This document shows, in pieces, positions 30,415-46,223 of a stretch of 64,000 nucleotides of DNA. Made by a program: the position numbers and the translations under genes. The notes under the pieces are model-generated. The model made no database searches. It saw only the letters and a program-made list of their open reading frames with translations, and was not told the DNA's origin. This stretch comes from the human T2T-CHM13v2.0 reference genome, Homo sapiens. The stretch lies in assembly GCF_009914755.1 (NCBI RefSeq), contig NC_060937.1; one strand, given 5' to 3'. Each line of letters starts with the position of its first letter. The first letter of the stretch is position 1.

Positions 30415-32259
30415 ATATATGGAACCGCTGAACAATCTGAGCACATTTAGCTTAGCAAAATTCCAAAGAGAAGCATGATAATTATCTGCGAATCGATCTC
30501 AATGGAAGGAATGAAAGTGTTTTTGCTGTGGGGCAAGGTGGGCAAACATGTAGATCACTAGATGGTTTTTTTTTTCTTTAAAAATAACTTTCCAAAATCT
30601 GTCTTGAGGAGTTGAATAAAACTGTCAGCACATGAGTTTAAAGAAAACCTGAATGAAAACCTGCAAGGAAGTAGAGAGCATTTCGGTCCTTCATATGAAA
30701 GTTGGAGAAAATGATTCTCCATGTTTTCACTGTAAGATCACATAATTTTGTAATTTAACAAGTTTAAAAAGTGTCTTTCCACATTTGTCTTCTAAATTCA
30801 CTTAAATACTTCCATCCACTAACACTGACAAGAACAATGCCTTCACATACCCACACTATTAGAAAGGAGAGAAGAAATTGTAAATCCTGTGGATGGGGTA
30901 AGTACAGTTTTACTCTTCAATGTTTAAAACTTCTTTTCATGTTTTCCTCGAATTTATTTTATTAAGAATTTCAGTTGTTATAGTTAAGGTCTTCTGGTAA
31001 ATTGTATGTGGTAGTAATCCTGTGTCTCCTTCAGTAACTGTGTAATAAAATTTCAAACCTCAGCTCTAAAATTGTTGATAAATTGAGAAAAACTGCAAAG
31101 GCATAAGGAGTTAAAACCTTTAAAAGTACAAAAACAATTGTTATTTTTTTTTTGCTTGTTGACAGATTACTTTGCTATGGGCTCAGTTTAGATTCCATGT
31201 TGCTCCACACACAGTCCTGCCTACGGCTCCCTTTTATCTTGTAAATGAAATTTAAAGTTTCAGTTTAGCATTTGACATGTAGAAGGCACATCTTCAAATT
31301 ATCTCCATTCACCCACCACTTCACTCTAGCTGCACTTCTCCTCTATTTCTTCTTCAGGCCTCTTAATTTTTGGTGTCCTTACCTTTGCTCACACAGCTTC
31401 TTCCATTTCAAATGCTTTTGCTTGTCTCTACTTGGTGGAGTGCCATGTATCTTCAAGGTTCAGTTACATATGAGTTTATCCAAAATGTCTTTTTCATGAG
31501 TCCATCTAAAAGTAATCAGAAGCTCTTTGGTTCCATTTTCATGCCAAAATTATTTCTGTTTAATTTATTTTACATACTAGATTCTAGAGGCCCAGAAGGC
31601 AGGAACTGTTATATATTTATCTTCTCAACTGCCACAACTCCTATAATGAACATATGTTGATAGACAAAACAGTCAGAGCTGTCCAGAATTAATTCTACAT
31701 ATGTTTGATTGCACATGCTTCACACACATATGTACATACATGCAGAGGAAAAGCTACAATCTACCGCAGACTTGGAGGCAACCCAGAATTTCAAATGGCA
31801 TCATTTGTCTCATAACAGAAAATCTTGAACACCAGAACCAGGAGCCCTGTTACTTCAGGAGTGAAGAAAAGCAGATTCAGCAAGCTTATTTGCCCTCATA
31901 TTTTATTTACATACAATCTTATGGCAGTCCTTTAGATTTCTACATGAAAGACAGATGTGATAACTAATGACACAGAGGTCACTAAAGAGAAAGAACCAAC
32001 TTCAACTGATATCAGAGCTTGGTATATTCACAGTATCTAATGAGGTCTTGCTTCCTAGGTTACTAAAGACATTGTGTCTAATGTTTCTTTGTTATATTTT
32101 GTTTGTGTGACTCCTACATGCAATCTCCATCTGGCAGGGAAGAGAAGCTAGAAGAGAGAAACTTTTAAGAAAAATACTAAATTATTATTTCTACAGGGCT
32201 CTCACATCCCAAAGATAACGGCAATGTTTCAAAACCAAATGTTAATTCACATCTACAGG

Positions 32260-32390
32260 GGAAGGTGTCTTTTTAAAATTCAGACCTTGACTCAGTAGTT
32301 CAGAGTGACACCTGAATTCTAGATTTTTAACAAGCTCCCCTGGTGATGCCAATGTGGCTGATGCCCAAACACCACCTTGAAGAGCAAGGA
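32260..32390. mobile_element. MER5-type hAT relic
   Basis: TTTTTAACAAGCTCCCCTGGTGATGCCAATG...ACCACCTTGAAGAGCA. Confidence 0.65.
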
Positions 32391-34454
32391 TGTAGGGTAG
32401 AGACTAGCATTTGAATCAATCACAACTAAATATTAAATAAGTTTAATGGCTATATATATATATATATATAAAGCATAAATACACAAATGCATGTAAAACA
32501 TAAATACATAAATCTTGGCAGAGACTTTACATTTTAACATAAAATAAACATTAGTCTGGGTAGGACTGACACAGCTTTCGTATTGTTACGACTGTCATTT
32601 TAAAATTTTTATCCTTTATTAAACACGCATGCTAAATACCTCCATGGATTTGTCACCACTTAAATGATCGCTTATGGCCCCCAAACCATGAATATCAACT
32701 TTCCTAAGCACGTCATGGGTCGGAGGCCATCCTCCTACGGAGGTGCAAAAAAGAGGGTGTGTGCTCAATGAAGGCAACAATTAACCCTCGGAACCAGGAC
32801 CTACGCTCTCCCTTTCACATAATAAACAAGCACAGAAGACATATTGCATTGAAAAATTGTTTGCTCACATAGAAAAGTTTAAGGATATGATTTTGTTGTA
32901 ATGACATTAGATACACCCATGGATTCATGGGTGCATTATTGTTATAAGTTCATACTAAAGGCTACAAATTAACATGTGTACTGACTCCCAGTTTTCTTCA
33001 TTGTAAATATTAGCTCAAGGATACTTTGAAAAACAAAAAAAAATTATATGCAGATGTGACTCTGGACTAAAGACTTGTGTTAACACATACAAACCTTGCT
33101 CATACAAGCTTCTGATGAGATGCAAGAAATAGCCCATGCCTTTAAACAAGGAACAAGGCAGTGATTGAGGTAGTATGTACTGATTTGCAGCAAATAAACA
33201 CAGGAAGGTGTGAAAAGTGTATGATATATCTGGCAAAGTGAGGTCAACTCCATATTAACATAAGGTAGGAAGATGGAAGACATCCCATAAATGTTACTGG
33301 GGTGGGACGGAGAGGGGGAGATTTGTGGAAAATATTGGACATTATTTTGGAGAAACAGCAATTTTGGAGAAATGAAGAGTAACATTATGGAGAGCTTCAC
33401 ATTCCAGTTAACAACACTGGCCCTCATTTCTTTTTTTTTTTTTTTTTTTCAGTCAACAGGTACTATCGAAAGTCTATGTGAATGATAAGGGGCTAGAAAT
33501 CTATACAAATGCAGGCCCCAACTATGAAAAAGTAAACAGTTTGATAGACAGTAAGGAGCCATGGTTAATATAAACAGTGGTACAGATCATGAATCCCAAA
33601 ATATCTGTTTCTATTATTTTGAAAAACTTAGGAGAATATCTGGTTATGTGTATACACACACATACACACATACTTTCTCCTTGTGTAACTGATTAAATTC
33701 TTGATTTTTGTCACTGAAGCATAAATCTGTCTGTCCTAAGACCTTAAGAAAACTCTTAAGAGTTTTATTGGCTAATGAGTAAAATAAAGCATCTATCAAA
33801 TGAATCCACTTAACTAATTTGAAGTTTATTCAGTCTGAATATTTAGATTTAAATAATTTGAAAAATTCTGTCAAATCATCTTGAGTTTTGTAATTACATC
33901 ATCCTTGATGGTTATTGATAAAAAATTATCAATAAGCTTTTATTTTGAACATTATAAATTGTATTACATTATTTTCCACTATCAATTGTTCAGGGGCTGA
34001 TGGGAGAGACAGATTATCTCTTTATTTGGCTATTTCTTTTATATATCCAACTGATGGTGGCATCTCTTCAACACCACCCTTCAAAAGTGACAAGAGAAAA
34101 GTAACATCAAAATATATCTCCTCTATTCTGTTACTGAGGCAATGCAAGAAAAATGTCCAATGGAGAAACTGATTAAAAAGATCAAAAGAACTGTGATTGC
34201 ATTTTGACTTCAAGTGTACCTGCTTATCTCTATTATTCCTCCATACACGACTATTTCTACATAAGTGTGGGTGTTAGGCTAACTAAACTGAAAATTTCTG
34301 GAATAAATGTTTATCCATGTATGTATTCCCACTTACTATAAATCTCAAATCAGCAAAGCTATAAAACAATTCATTTTTAATTTTCATATATTAATAAAAC
34401 CACATGCATTATTGTATTACAGATCACTTGCTGAGTCCATAAAAAGCATGTATA

Positions 34455-35644
<1,190 letters not shown>

Positions 35645-37024
35645 CAACATTCACAGAATCCATCAGCCATCACTCTGTGTTCTCCCCTTACCTTACTGTG
35701 TTCTTACCTTACTGTTCAGTGTCTCTGTCCATCCTCTCTGTTTGGAGCCTCAATTAGCTATCTTCAAATGGCATTTACTTTGCTTTTTTTTTTTCTGGGA
35801 CTTAGTTAATTGAAATTGCTGATCTCTTCCCAGAGAATCTGTTATTCTTACCAAATGTTGTCCCCCCCATCCTCCAGCTGTGTCATGCTGGGAATGAAGA
35901 GCCCATCAAGACAGCACCTTGTTCTTCAGGGTACGTGAAACCAGAGCAGGTTATGATAACTTTTTTGTCACATTCAACATTCAACAGTGTGAAATATCTA
36001 TCTAGTAATAATCTGTAATTCTACCAAAATACCAAATTAGTTTTCATTCCAATATACAGCCATTCATGGATAAGGTAGGAATATAAAGTGAATGCAATCA
36101 ACATAAAATTCAAGCAAACCTTAGCAAGTTATGCCAGCCTTTGCTGTCCAAGCTCAGGACATTTTGTGAAATATGTACAGAGTTATTGCATCAAGGTAGA
36201 TTTCTCCTTTTTTTCAGAGGGATATGTTTGATTTTCACATGTATACATGCATACAGCAAAGAGAACTCTGGACGCCTAAGGAGAAGAAATAATTCATCTT
36301 CCATGGATCAAAGAAGGAGAAGATTTTAAAAATCAACATGATGCTTATTGTGAAAGAGAAGAGAAAGGACAGACAACACAAGGAGGAACATCTGTAGAAG
36401 GAAAGCACCACCCCTCCTGATGAGCCCTGGAAAGTCTCGATGGATGTCTGCTATTCTAACTCAACCGAACTTCCCCCTTCCACTCTCAAAAAGGTCTTTG
36501 TTAGATGATGAATTATATTTTCACAGAACAAGTAATCTGGAAATCTAATTGCTAGTTCTTAAGTGGACCCTAACTATTCTTCCCTTCAGCAAGTCACTGA
36601 GGCTCTTTGTAAAATGGGAATTGTAATATCCTATGATTTCTCTCAAGATCGGTTATGAAACAAACATGGTATCAATGATATGTCCACACCTTTAAAGTTT
36701 TAAATGTTACTCAAATACCACGCATGTTGTCATAATTCTAGCAAGGTGTTAGCATTCGGTAACAGGATGTGTTTTCCTCTGAAATTTGTGCTCTTCCTTC
36801 TTCTATAGCTCCTATCAATTATACCCCATTTCCTTGGCAGCCATTATAACATGTCTTTGACCTAATTTTTTGCAGTAGTAGTTGAGTCGGACTTGCTGTA
36901 ATGAAGGGAGCCGAAAGAGAAGAAAGGAGCTAATAGTTACTGAAGATCTACTTCATTCAAAGCATGAAGTACCACAGTAGCAACAGATGATGACAGTAAT
37001 GGCTGTCATTTGTTGAGTTTTCAC

Positions 37025-37609
<585 letters not shown>

Positions 37610-38381
37610 AATTACAATTAGGAATTACGGTAATTCCAATTAGGCATTGTGCTAAGCAGCTTGCCATAGATGGAAACATTTAATGCCTATCAGCCATCTT
37701 TGAAATGAAATCACTCATTATAAATAAGGAAGTGGGGTTCCAACACATCAAACAATATTTCATAACAGGACTTCATATTCAAAGCACCTGATTCCAATAG
37801 TGGTTCTGTTACTTATGAACTGTGTCACCTTGGACAAATCACTTAATATCCCTGTCCTCCTAACACATCTGACAATGGACATAATCATAGTACCTACTGC
37901 AAAGAGTTATTATGAGGATTAAATGATTTAATATAAGGATTTAAATATGCCCACTACATAATAAGTGCTATGTAAATGTCAGTGATGGCTGCTACTAGCA
38001 CTGCTATTATTGCTGTAATAAATATTTTTATTGCCATCATCATTATTAAGATCTTTGTGTACCCAAGGGCACACAACTTGTAACTGACAAAATAAGATTC
38101 AAATCTAGGTATTTTGAGCACTGACCCAGTTATTCAGGCAATTAATACTTATTTGGTGTGTGCTATGGTGCCAGGAATGAAATGATGAGCAAGACTGGGC
38201 GTCCTTTATATGTAGCTATTGGTTTTGGTTTCAAAGGCTCACATTCTATCAGAAAAAAAAAAAAAGTAAAAGTTAATTTTTGTGATGGTTGGAAATAACA
38301 AGGTGTCATGTGAGAGCACATATTGGGTGTAAATCTCCCACTCTAGGAACGCCTTTTAAGTCTGTATCTGAAAGGTGAGTT

Positions 38382-38463
38382 ATACATATGTAACAAACCT
38401 GCACATTGTGCACATATAGCCTAGAACTTAAAGTATAATTTTAAAAAATTAAATTAAAAAAAA
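38382..38463 (+). mobile_element. Extremely 5'-truncated L1PA 3' tip
   Basis: TATACATATGTAACAAACCTGCACATTGTGCAC...AGAACTTAAAGTATAAT plus A-rich tail. Confidence 0.88.
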
Positions 38464-38659
38464 GGAAGAAAATAATCACACAAGGGGTCATGGGAGAGCA
38501 CCCCAGGCAATGAGAAGGATGTGAGTGAAGATCTGAACTGGGATCTATGATGGGAACTAGAAAGACATTGTGTATGGAGGTAAGGCGGAAGGCAGGTTTT
38601 GAAATGAGTTAGAGAAAATCAAACAGGAGAGGAGGAGTCAGTTCAAGGAAGTTTAGGAA

Positions 38660-38872
38660 ATGGAATGGTGGTTGCACGGGCTGGAGGGAGGACATACAGA
38701 GTCGTTGTTCAGTGGGTACAGGGTCTCAGTTTTGCAAGATGAAAAAGTTATAGAGATCTGTTGCACAACAACGTGAATACACTGAACACTAAGAACAGTA
38801 CATTTAACAATGGTTAGGTGGTAACTTTTATGTTATGTCTTCCTTACAAATATTTTTAATATATTAAAAAAG
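38660..38872 (+). mobile_element. L1MB-type 3'UTR fragment
   Basis: GAATGGTGGTTGC...GGGTACAGGGTCTCAGTTTTGCAAGATGAAAAAGTT..AGAGATCTGTTGCACAACAACGTGAAT. Confidence 0.85.
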
Positions 38873-40177
38873 AAAGAGAGTCTTAAAAATTGTGTTAAGA
38901 AGTTTTAATTTTATCTGGCAAGTGATGAGAAATAATTAGAAGCTTTTTAGAGAAGGAACTGACACAACCAAAATAGAAACAGAATTTCCACCCTCTGGAC
39001 ACCAGCTTTTGTGGAGGCTGCAAGGAATAGCAATGCACACATCTGTTTGATACCTTTTTTTTTTTCTAGTGGGCCACAAATTTAAGCTGAAAGAAAGAAA
39101 AATAAACTCATCATTTTTCTGGCATTAAACAAACTTTTTGAAACCATTTTATATAGTTTGTAAAATCTTTTAAAGTAAACATAATACACTAGAAATCACA
39201 AAAATGAGAAAATCAATATCCCCGCAAGTAAAGGATATCCAGTTAAAGTGCTCTTCAACCTCCTCCTCCCCAAGAATTAGTCACCAATCAAACTTTAATG
39301 GGTAAAAATAGCGACTCCAGTAAATTAAATATCACTAGATGCTATTCTCCATATAATGTCCACTTACAGCCTTAAAATATTTAGTTGTCCTGTTATTATT
39401 TTCTTCAGACTAAATCACTAGTTCTCAAATGATGTACTTTCAGAACATCTGGGATCTATACCACTGTGTTTCATATTAAAATTCAAAAAAAAAAAAAAAA
39501 AGGCAAGCCTTTCCAGTTCACTGCAGATAAAAATAGTAGATAAGAATATTTCCACATTAAATGCCCTTCAAAAATTTTTCTTGAAGCTTTGGGGCCTGCT
39601 TTTGCTTGTCTTATACAAACAACATTAATGAAAAAGCAGCACATAGATATTACTAGTAAACCTGAAAATAGCTGATGACTTCGGTCATTGACTTATGTAC
39701 CCATGGTTACAGGGATACACAATGCAAACATATGATATATCTACTAGTAAAATGTTTACTGTTTTGTATCACTGAATTAATACATCAATATTATACAAAG
39801 TTATACAGACAGGACTACCAGGTATACAATGATCTGGATGAGATTTCCAACCATTAGGGGTCTACCGTACCTAATCACAAGCTGTCCTATGCTGTGTCAC
39901 CCTATCCTAAGTGTGTCACCTCTTGTTTTCTTCCTGTTACTTTGCATTATATATCTAAATTGATTTAATAGTCTTGATAATTTGATCTACTTAGTTTGGT
40001 CTGAGAGCCTTTCTACTAATGGCCGGCCTCTGGGAAAGTCGACCAGGCATAGAGGTATCAAAATACCAAGAAAATGTATCACTGGTCACTCTTTTATTTT
40101 CTTCTACTTCTTACAACTAGGGTGAAAACATTATGGAAACTGGGCATGTTTGAAGAGGAAATAAAAAGGCAACATAT

Positions 40178-40369
40178 TTAGATATTGCAACATATTTAGG
40201 CCAAAGTTTATTACTTATTTCAAAATTAAGTAGGTGATGTTTGTATATATGATGTTGCATAATGTTTTAACATTAGATACTGTAACACATTTAGGCCAAA
40301 GTTTATTACTTATTTCAAAATTAAGTAGCTGATATGTTTGTATACGTGATGTTGCATAATGTTATAACA
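40178..40369. repeat. Two-copy ~95 bp tandem duplication
   Basis: TTAGATA(T/C)TG(C/T)AACA..TTTAGGCCAAAGTTTATTACTTATTTCAAAATTAAGTAG... repeated at 40178 and 40273. Confidence 0.93.
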
Positions 40370-43300
40370 TAATACATATGTTGTATGTGTATATATTATA
40401 TATGTGTGCATATATGTGTGTGTATATATAACACTTATACATCTGTGTGTGTGTGTTTGTGCGTACGTATGTAGACAGAGAGAGAGAAAGGAAGACTTCG
40501 GCATGAATACACCAATATCTGGTAAAGTATTCTAATGAAGGGACTTTGTCTTATCCAGGTGACACTAAGGTAAGACAAATCAATGAAGGGAATACTGAAT
40601 ATATCTGACTTTGTAAAACCAGCACATACAAATTCCTGGGACTACATCAAGATGACCATTCTGTGTTGTCAAGCGTGGAATGCATCATGGTTAATATTGA
40701 GAAGTCTCTCCTATCATAAAACTATTCATCAGATGACCATGATCTGTATGATTGGTGCAAACAGTGCCAAATGTCCAGTGATGGATTGGGATTCACTTTA
40801 CTGGAGTTTACAGTTTTTTCAGCAAGATACTCCTTGTGCTTAAGTCAACTATATGATCTCAAGTCAAGCTCTGCAGACGGCTGCATTCAATTAATAAGTT
40901 TCCAGACATTGAACTGAAAGAATCAACTCAGATTTTAAAGTAATTTATCTTACTACGTGGGTTACTTTATGCATGGAGGACATCCAGTCCCTGCTTTTCA
41001 AGTCACTGCAAATTACAGCATCCTTGCTAAGTCCTCTCTAAAACAAGAGCTGCTCCTCACCCACGGAAAGAGACGTCTAGTAGATATATTTGTCACTTCT
41101 CTGAATGATCGTTACAACTGAATGGAAAGAAAATATGTTGCTAGGATTAGAATATCCCAGGAATCCCCCCACCACACACACAGCAGCTCAGCCACAGAGA
41201 TACTGAAATCTCACCACTTTCTTCATTTTTCAGCTTTGTTGTGTTAATTGCAATTTACAGATTTTTCATTGCACCACAAATGTTCAACAAGCCATAAATA
41301 TCCAATTCAAAGAGCTGGGTCTCATCAGAATCTGTTCTGAATGAATCCAGTCCAACAGGGTTTCTAATTTTCTCCTTAAAATATTTATCCAACAAGAAAA
41401 CTCTAAGCCTCAGTAAGAGGTTAATGTGCATGGGACAATATTATAGAGTTATATAAGTAACAGCATATGGAAGTGCCATTTTATCTTGATTATCACGATA
41501 TTATATAGCTCAGCACATAATCTTGCAAGCCTACTTACATAGTATTTGCTTATTTCGTTCTGTTTATGTGGATGTACATAACTGTATATGTATACATTTA
41601 TCTATTTAATGATAGATTTAAAAGTGAAATTGTTTTCATCTTTAATGAAACCATTTAGTAAATAGGATCCCTGCCCACCCATCCTTTTTATTTATAATAA
41701 ATGGAAATAGATAACTTGCTTGCATCATTTATGAAACCTGGTCTCACTGAATAGTTCTGAAATACTGCCTTAGTTTATTTAAGCTACTAAGTAAATAAAT
41801 ATTTAAAGTAATAAAGGTTACCTAGATTTTGAAGATTCTGAAGGGAATAAAGTATTTAGAAAACGCCTACTATTAAACTTTTATAAATATTTGAGGAACA
41901 TGTCTATGACAAATCACATCCTTTAGGGTGTAATCAACTAGCTGTTTTAAATTCCTCTTTATCTAGGTCACATTGCTCTCTTTTTAAAAAAATAGCTATG
42001 TTTTAGCTGTTTCTGTTCCTTTGTTCACGTAAAAATAATAACCATAAAGAACAGAAAATCATCTATAATAGGTCCATCGAAGGCAACCACTGTTTACATT
42101 TGATGATTGCCTTTCATACTGAGTTAGGAGGTGAATGTAATTACAGATGTACGTGCAGCAATAATGAGGCCTTGCTACAGCCCCATTAGCCTGAGAAGCT
42201 TAGCAGGTCTCTCTGAGGACAGTTCTTAAAAGATAAATCTGTACCATCCCCAGTGATCAAGTAAATACAATAGATATAATTCATTTTAGACAGCAATCTA
42301 AAGCCAACAGGGACTTAGCAGCTGCGTGAGAAATGCTGCTTTGCAAAAGAATAAATAACCGATAACAATGTGCTCAGAGAAACATTTTTTTTAATCAAAT
42401 GAATATCAGACAAAAAGAAAACACAGGATTAGGTCACCAGAAATTAATTTCCTTTCAAGGGAAATTTTACTACAAGATTGACTGAAACGCAGAACTGTTC
42501 ATAATAATGGTGATGGGGGAGAACTTAACTGAAGTCTGTAGTGAATTTATTGTCTCAAATATCTGCTGCGTTAATGATCAATACATATTTAAGCAGATGG
42601 GCTAAGTGTCAAACAGGATATTTTAGAATGGGTTTCAACCTATGAGAGAATTTATATCTGTGTATGTAAAACATTTTTAAAAATCCTTAAAGCAACATTC
42701 AGACAGCAAATTCAATTGAAAATAGAAGACAAATTTTATTAAAACAAATTCAAAGCAAGAAAATTTCTAACTTTTAGATCATCATAGTTGATTTAAAGCA
42801 GTTCACAGAAAGGCAGAGACTGTGGACTCCTACTTCAGTCTTTGTTTTAATGCCATCTGACCCACAATAAGAAAGCTACAGAAGTAAAACCAATTTTATT
42901 CATATTTTCATGTTAAAAACAAAGCCTAAAAACTATCCAGAGTGATTTGTTTAAAATTTTATTTTATATTATGGCTAAAGGAAGCAGGCAACTGACAACA
43001 GAAAGACTTAGACGTGTGGAGGAAAAACAACCAAACGGGTAAGACAGAGTCAGAGAGAAAAACCTAACAAAACAGGAAAAAAATATAGAAAAGGAAAGAT
43101 GGATTTACATGCAGAAAAAGACAAGGACACACCTCATGGTGTGTTTCCCTCACAAAGAAACAAAATAAATGTTTCATATGGGGAGAAACCGGTAAATCAT
43201 TAACAACATTGAAATCTACAACATGTGACCTTTTAGGAGTTTTTCTAAAGTTAAAGTCACATTGTGCTTTGTGACTGGATGCATAATTGGCTTGTCACTT

Positions 43301-44039
43301 CCTGTCACTTGCCTCCAGGGCCAGATGAAATTAAGTCAAGGACTCAGGATTCCCTCCTGCTGCTGTATGTCCAAGTGTAATTGGCAGCAAAGACCGATTG
43401 TCCCCTGCCTTGGTGTTCTGTTGCAGTAACTGGTTATTCAACGCAGTCCCACTGTCCTAAAATGCTCTAGAATGTCTTACAAGGATTTCAGCTGTTGGCT
43501 CTCATCAGAATATTTTAGGTCACAGGTCTACATGTAAATTAGAAGACGACTGTATACCTTATGAGAAGAATCTTAGAACTGCAAGTGTATCTGAAAGTTA
43601 GGGGAAAGGTTCCAAATGTATCATGTGCTTTCATGGGATAGTATAAAAGTTATCGGTACGCTGCTAATGGTCATTTTTCCCCAATATATTTCACTAAAGT
43701 ATCACAATTAGGAAACTCTGGGAAAATTATCATGACACTCTGGTTTGACTTTATGGTCCATTATTTTTTAATCTTGCCCTTTTTATAACAGAATTTTTCT
43801 CTATTTATATATGATAGCATACCCTGCTCTAGCATATACTTCAGGCCATTGCTAAATCTTTAAAGAGCGTTTCTCTCATTTTCATGTTTTATATGAGAAG
43901 AGACACAATTAAAGAGTGGGGAGAGATGTATGAAGTAGAGACACGTTGAGAAAGTAAGGACTACCCGGAATGATCCCCGGGCAGTCAATCCACAGATTCC
44001 TCCTCAGAACCCGTCTATGATGAAGGGGGAGAACAGAGC

Positions 44040-44285
44040 TGGGTTTAGATTGATGTGAATGCAAACCTCAGCGCCCTCACTTAAGAGTCTTGTGTCCTTT
44101 GGCCTGTCACTTCAATCGTCTGAGGCTCAGCTTCCTTAATTAAAAATGGAATCCATGATACTTCATTGATCCAATGCCTCCTAGGATTATTTTGAGAATG
44201 AAATGAGACAATACATGCACAAGGCTTTGAGCAGTATCTGGCACAAAATAAGCACCCAATAAATGGATAGTAATTTGTTTCTAAC
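44040..44285 (+). mobile_element. MIR SINE
   Basis: CTGAGGCTCAGCTTCCTTAATTAAAAATGG...GAGAATGAAATGAGACAATACATG...TCTGGCACAAAATAAGCACCCAATAAATG. Confidence 0.8.
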
Positions 44286-44769
44286 ATTATGGCTCTGACA
44301 TGCTAAATACTGTATAATTGTGGCAAGTTATTTCAATACTGTAATCCTTCAATTTTCTTTCACAAAATAAAAATAAATATATTTCCTAGAAGTGAGACTC
44401 ATTTTAAGGATTAGAAATAATATTTGAAAATATTCTAATACGATGGGACACAATAAACTGGTTAATAATCCACAGTAGCTTTTATAAGAATTTGGAATGT
44501 GAACTAAATCTTGAGACTTATTTTTTTCTACTAAGTGAGATTTCCAAAAAGCGTTTATAAAGAACAGGATGAACAATTGGAATCATTCTCGGAATAACTT
44601 TCCCTTCATCTTTAACATCTGATAAGCAAATGGAAGAAAATGGACTAAAACCTTTTTCGCAAGTAAGGGCATACAAAGTAATACTACCAATAACATTAAT
44701 AATGAACAGCAGCAATTGACTGGCAGATACAGCAATTTCTTCAGAGTTTAGAAATGAACACAGGTTTTA

Positions 44770-45716
44770 CAAAATGGGAGAAAATTTTCGCAACCTACTC
44801 ATCTGACAAACGGCTAATATCCAGAATCTACAATGAACTCAAACAAATTTACAAGAAAAAAACAAACAACCCCATCAAAAAGTGGGCAAAGGACATGAAC
44901 AGACACTTCTCAAAAGAAGACATCTATGCAGCCAAAAAACACATGAAAAAATGCTCATCATCACTGGCCATCAGAGAAATGCAAATCAAAACTACAATGA
45001 GATACCATCTCACACCAGTTAGAATGGCAATCATTAAAAAGTCAGGAAACAACAGGTGCTGGAGAGGATGTGGAGAAATAGGAACACTTTTACACTGTTG
45101 GTGGGACTGTAAACTAGTTCAACCATTGTGGAAGTCAGTGTGGCAATTCCTCAGGGATCTAGAACTGGAAATACCATTTGACCCAGCCATCCCATTACTG
45201 GGTATATACTCAAAGGACTATAAATCATGCTGCTATAAAGACACATGCACACGTATGTTTACTGCAGCACTCTTCACAATAGCAAAGACTTGGAACCAAC
45301 CCAAATGTCCAACAATGATAGACTGGATTAAGAAAATGTGGCACATATACACCATGGAATACTATGCAGCCATAAAAAATGATGAGTTCATGTCCTTTGT
45401 AGGGACGTGGATGAAATTGGAAATCATCATTCTCAGTAAACTATCGCAAGAACAAAAAACCAAACACCGCATATTCTCACTCATAGGTGGGAATTGAACA
45501 ATGAGATCACATGGACACAGGAAGGGGAATATCGCACTCTGGGAACTGTTGTGGGGTGGGGGGAGGGGGGAGGGATAGCATCGGGAGATATACCTAATGC
45601 TAGATGACGAGTTAGTGGGTTCAGTACACCAGCATGGCACATGTATACATATGTAACTAACCTGCACAATGTGCACATGTACCCTAAAACTTAAAGTATA
45701 ATAAAAAAAAAAAAGA
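44770..45716 (+). mobile_element. Young 5'-truncated L1 (L1PA2-like)
   Basis: Intact ORF2 C-terminus (ORF 44754-45497); 3'UTR GATGACGAGTTAG (GAG, not Ta ACA) and GGGGAATATC; 20-bp TSD AGAAAT(G/A)AACACAGGTTTTA at 44750-44769 and 45717-45736. Confidence 0.97.
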
Positions 45717-45904
45717 AGAAATAAACACAGGTTTTAGTCCTAAAAAAACGGTTCCATTAACCCTTATATAATCCACCAGTCCCTGATTAAATCACCAGCT
45801 GTGGAAAGTTTTGCTGTCTGAGCCTAAAGTATAATGGGTTACCATCACCACTTAGAGAATTCCATCAATATACATCCTCCAAATATCTCAAACTTCAAAA
45901 TTCA

Positions 45905-46223
45905 ATTTTTTTTGCTTTGTTTTGTTTTGTTTTGTTTTGTTGAGACGGAGTCTCGCTCTGTCACCCAGGCTAGAGTGCAGTGGCGCGGTCTCGGCTCACT
46001 GCAAGCTCTGTCCCCTGGGTTCACACCATTCTCCTGCCTCAGCCTCCTGAGTAGCTGGGACTACAGGCACCCGCCACCACGCCCGGCTAATTTTTTGTAT
46101 TTTTTAGTAGAGACGGGGTTTCGCCGTGTTAGCCAGGATGGTCTCGATCTCCTGACCTCGTGATCCACCCGCCTCGGCCTCCCAAAGTGCTGGAATTACA
46201 GGCGTGAGCCACCGCGCCGGGCC
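45905..46223 (-). mobile_element. AluY SINE
   Basis: GCAAGCTC, GGTTCACACCATTCTCC, GTTAGCCAGGATGGTCTCGATC diagnostics; CpG-rich. Confidence 0.96.

Noticed and set aside
33749-33935. Short palindromes AAAACTCTTAAGAGTTTT (33749-33766), TTATTGATAA-AAAA-TTATCAATAA (33912-33935) and ACTACAGTATACTGTAGT (25642-25659)
   Set aside because: They are short and AT-rich, too small for pre-miRNA or MITE calls, and plausible by chance or local slippage.
44754-45497. Long ORFs at 3875-4492, 44754-45497, 51285-51758 and 60826-61203 as host genes
   Set aside because: They are L1 ORF2 C-terminal fragments inside 5'-truncated elements lacking promoter, endonuclease and RT domains.
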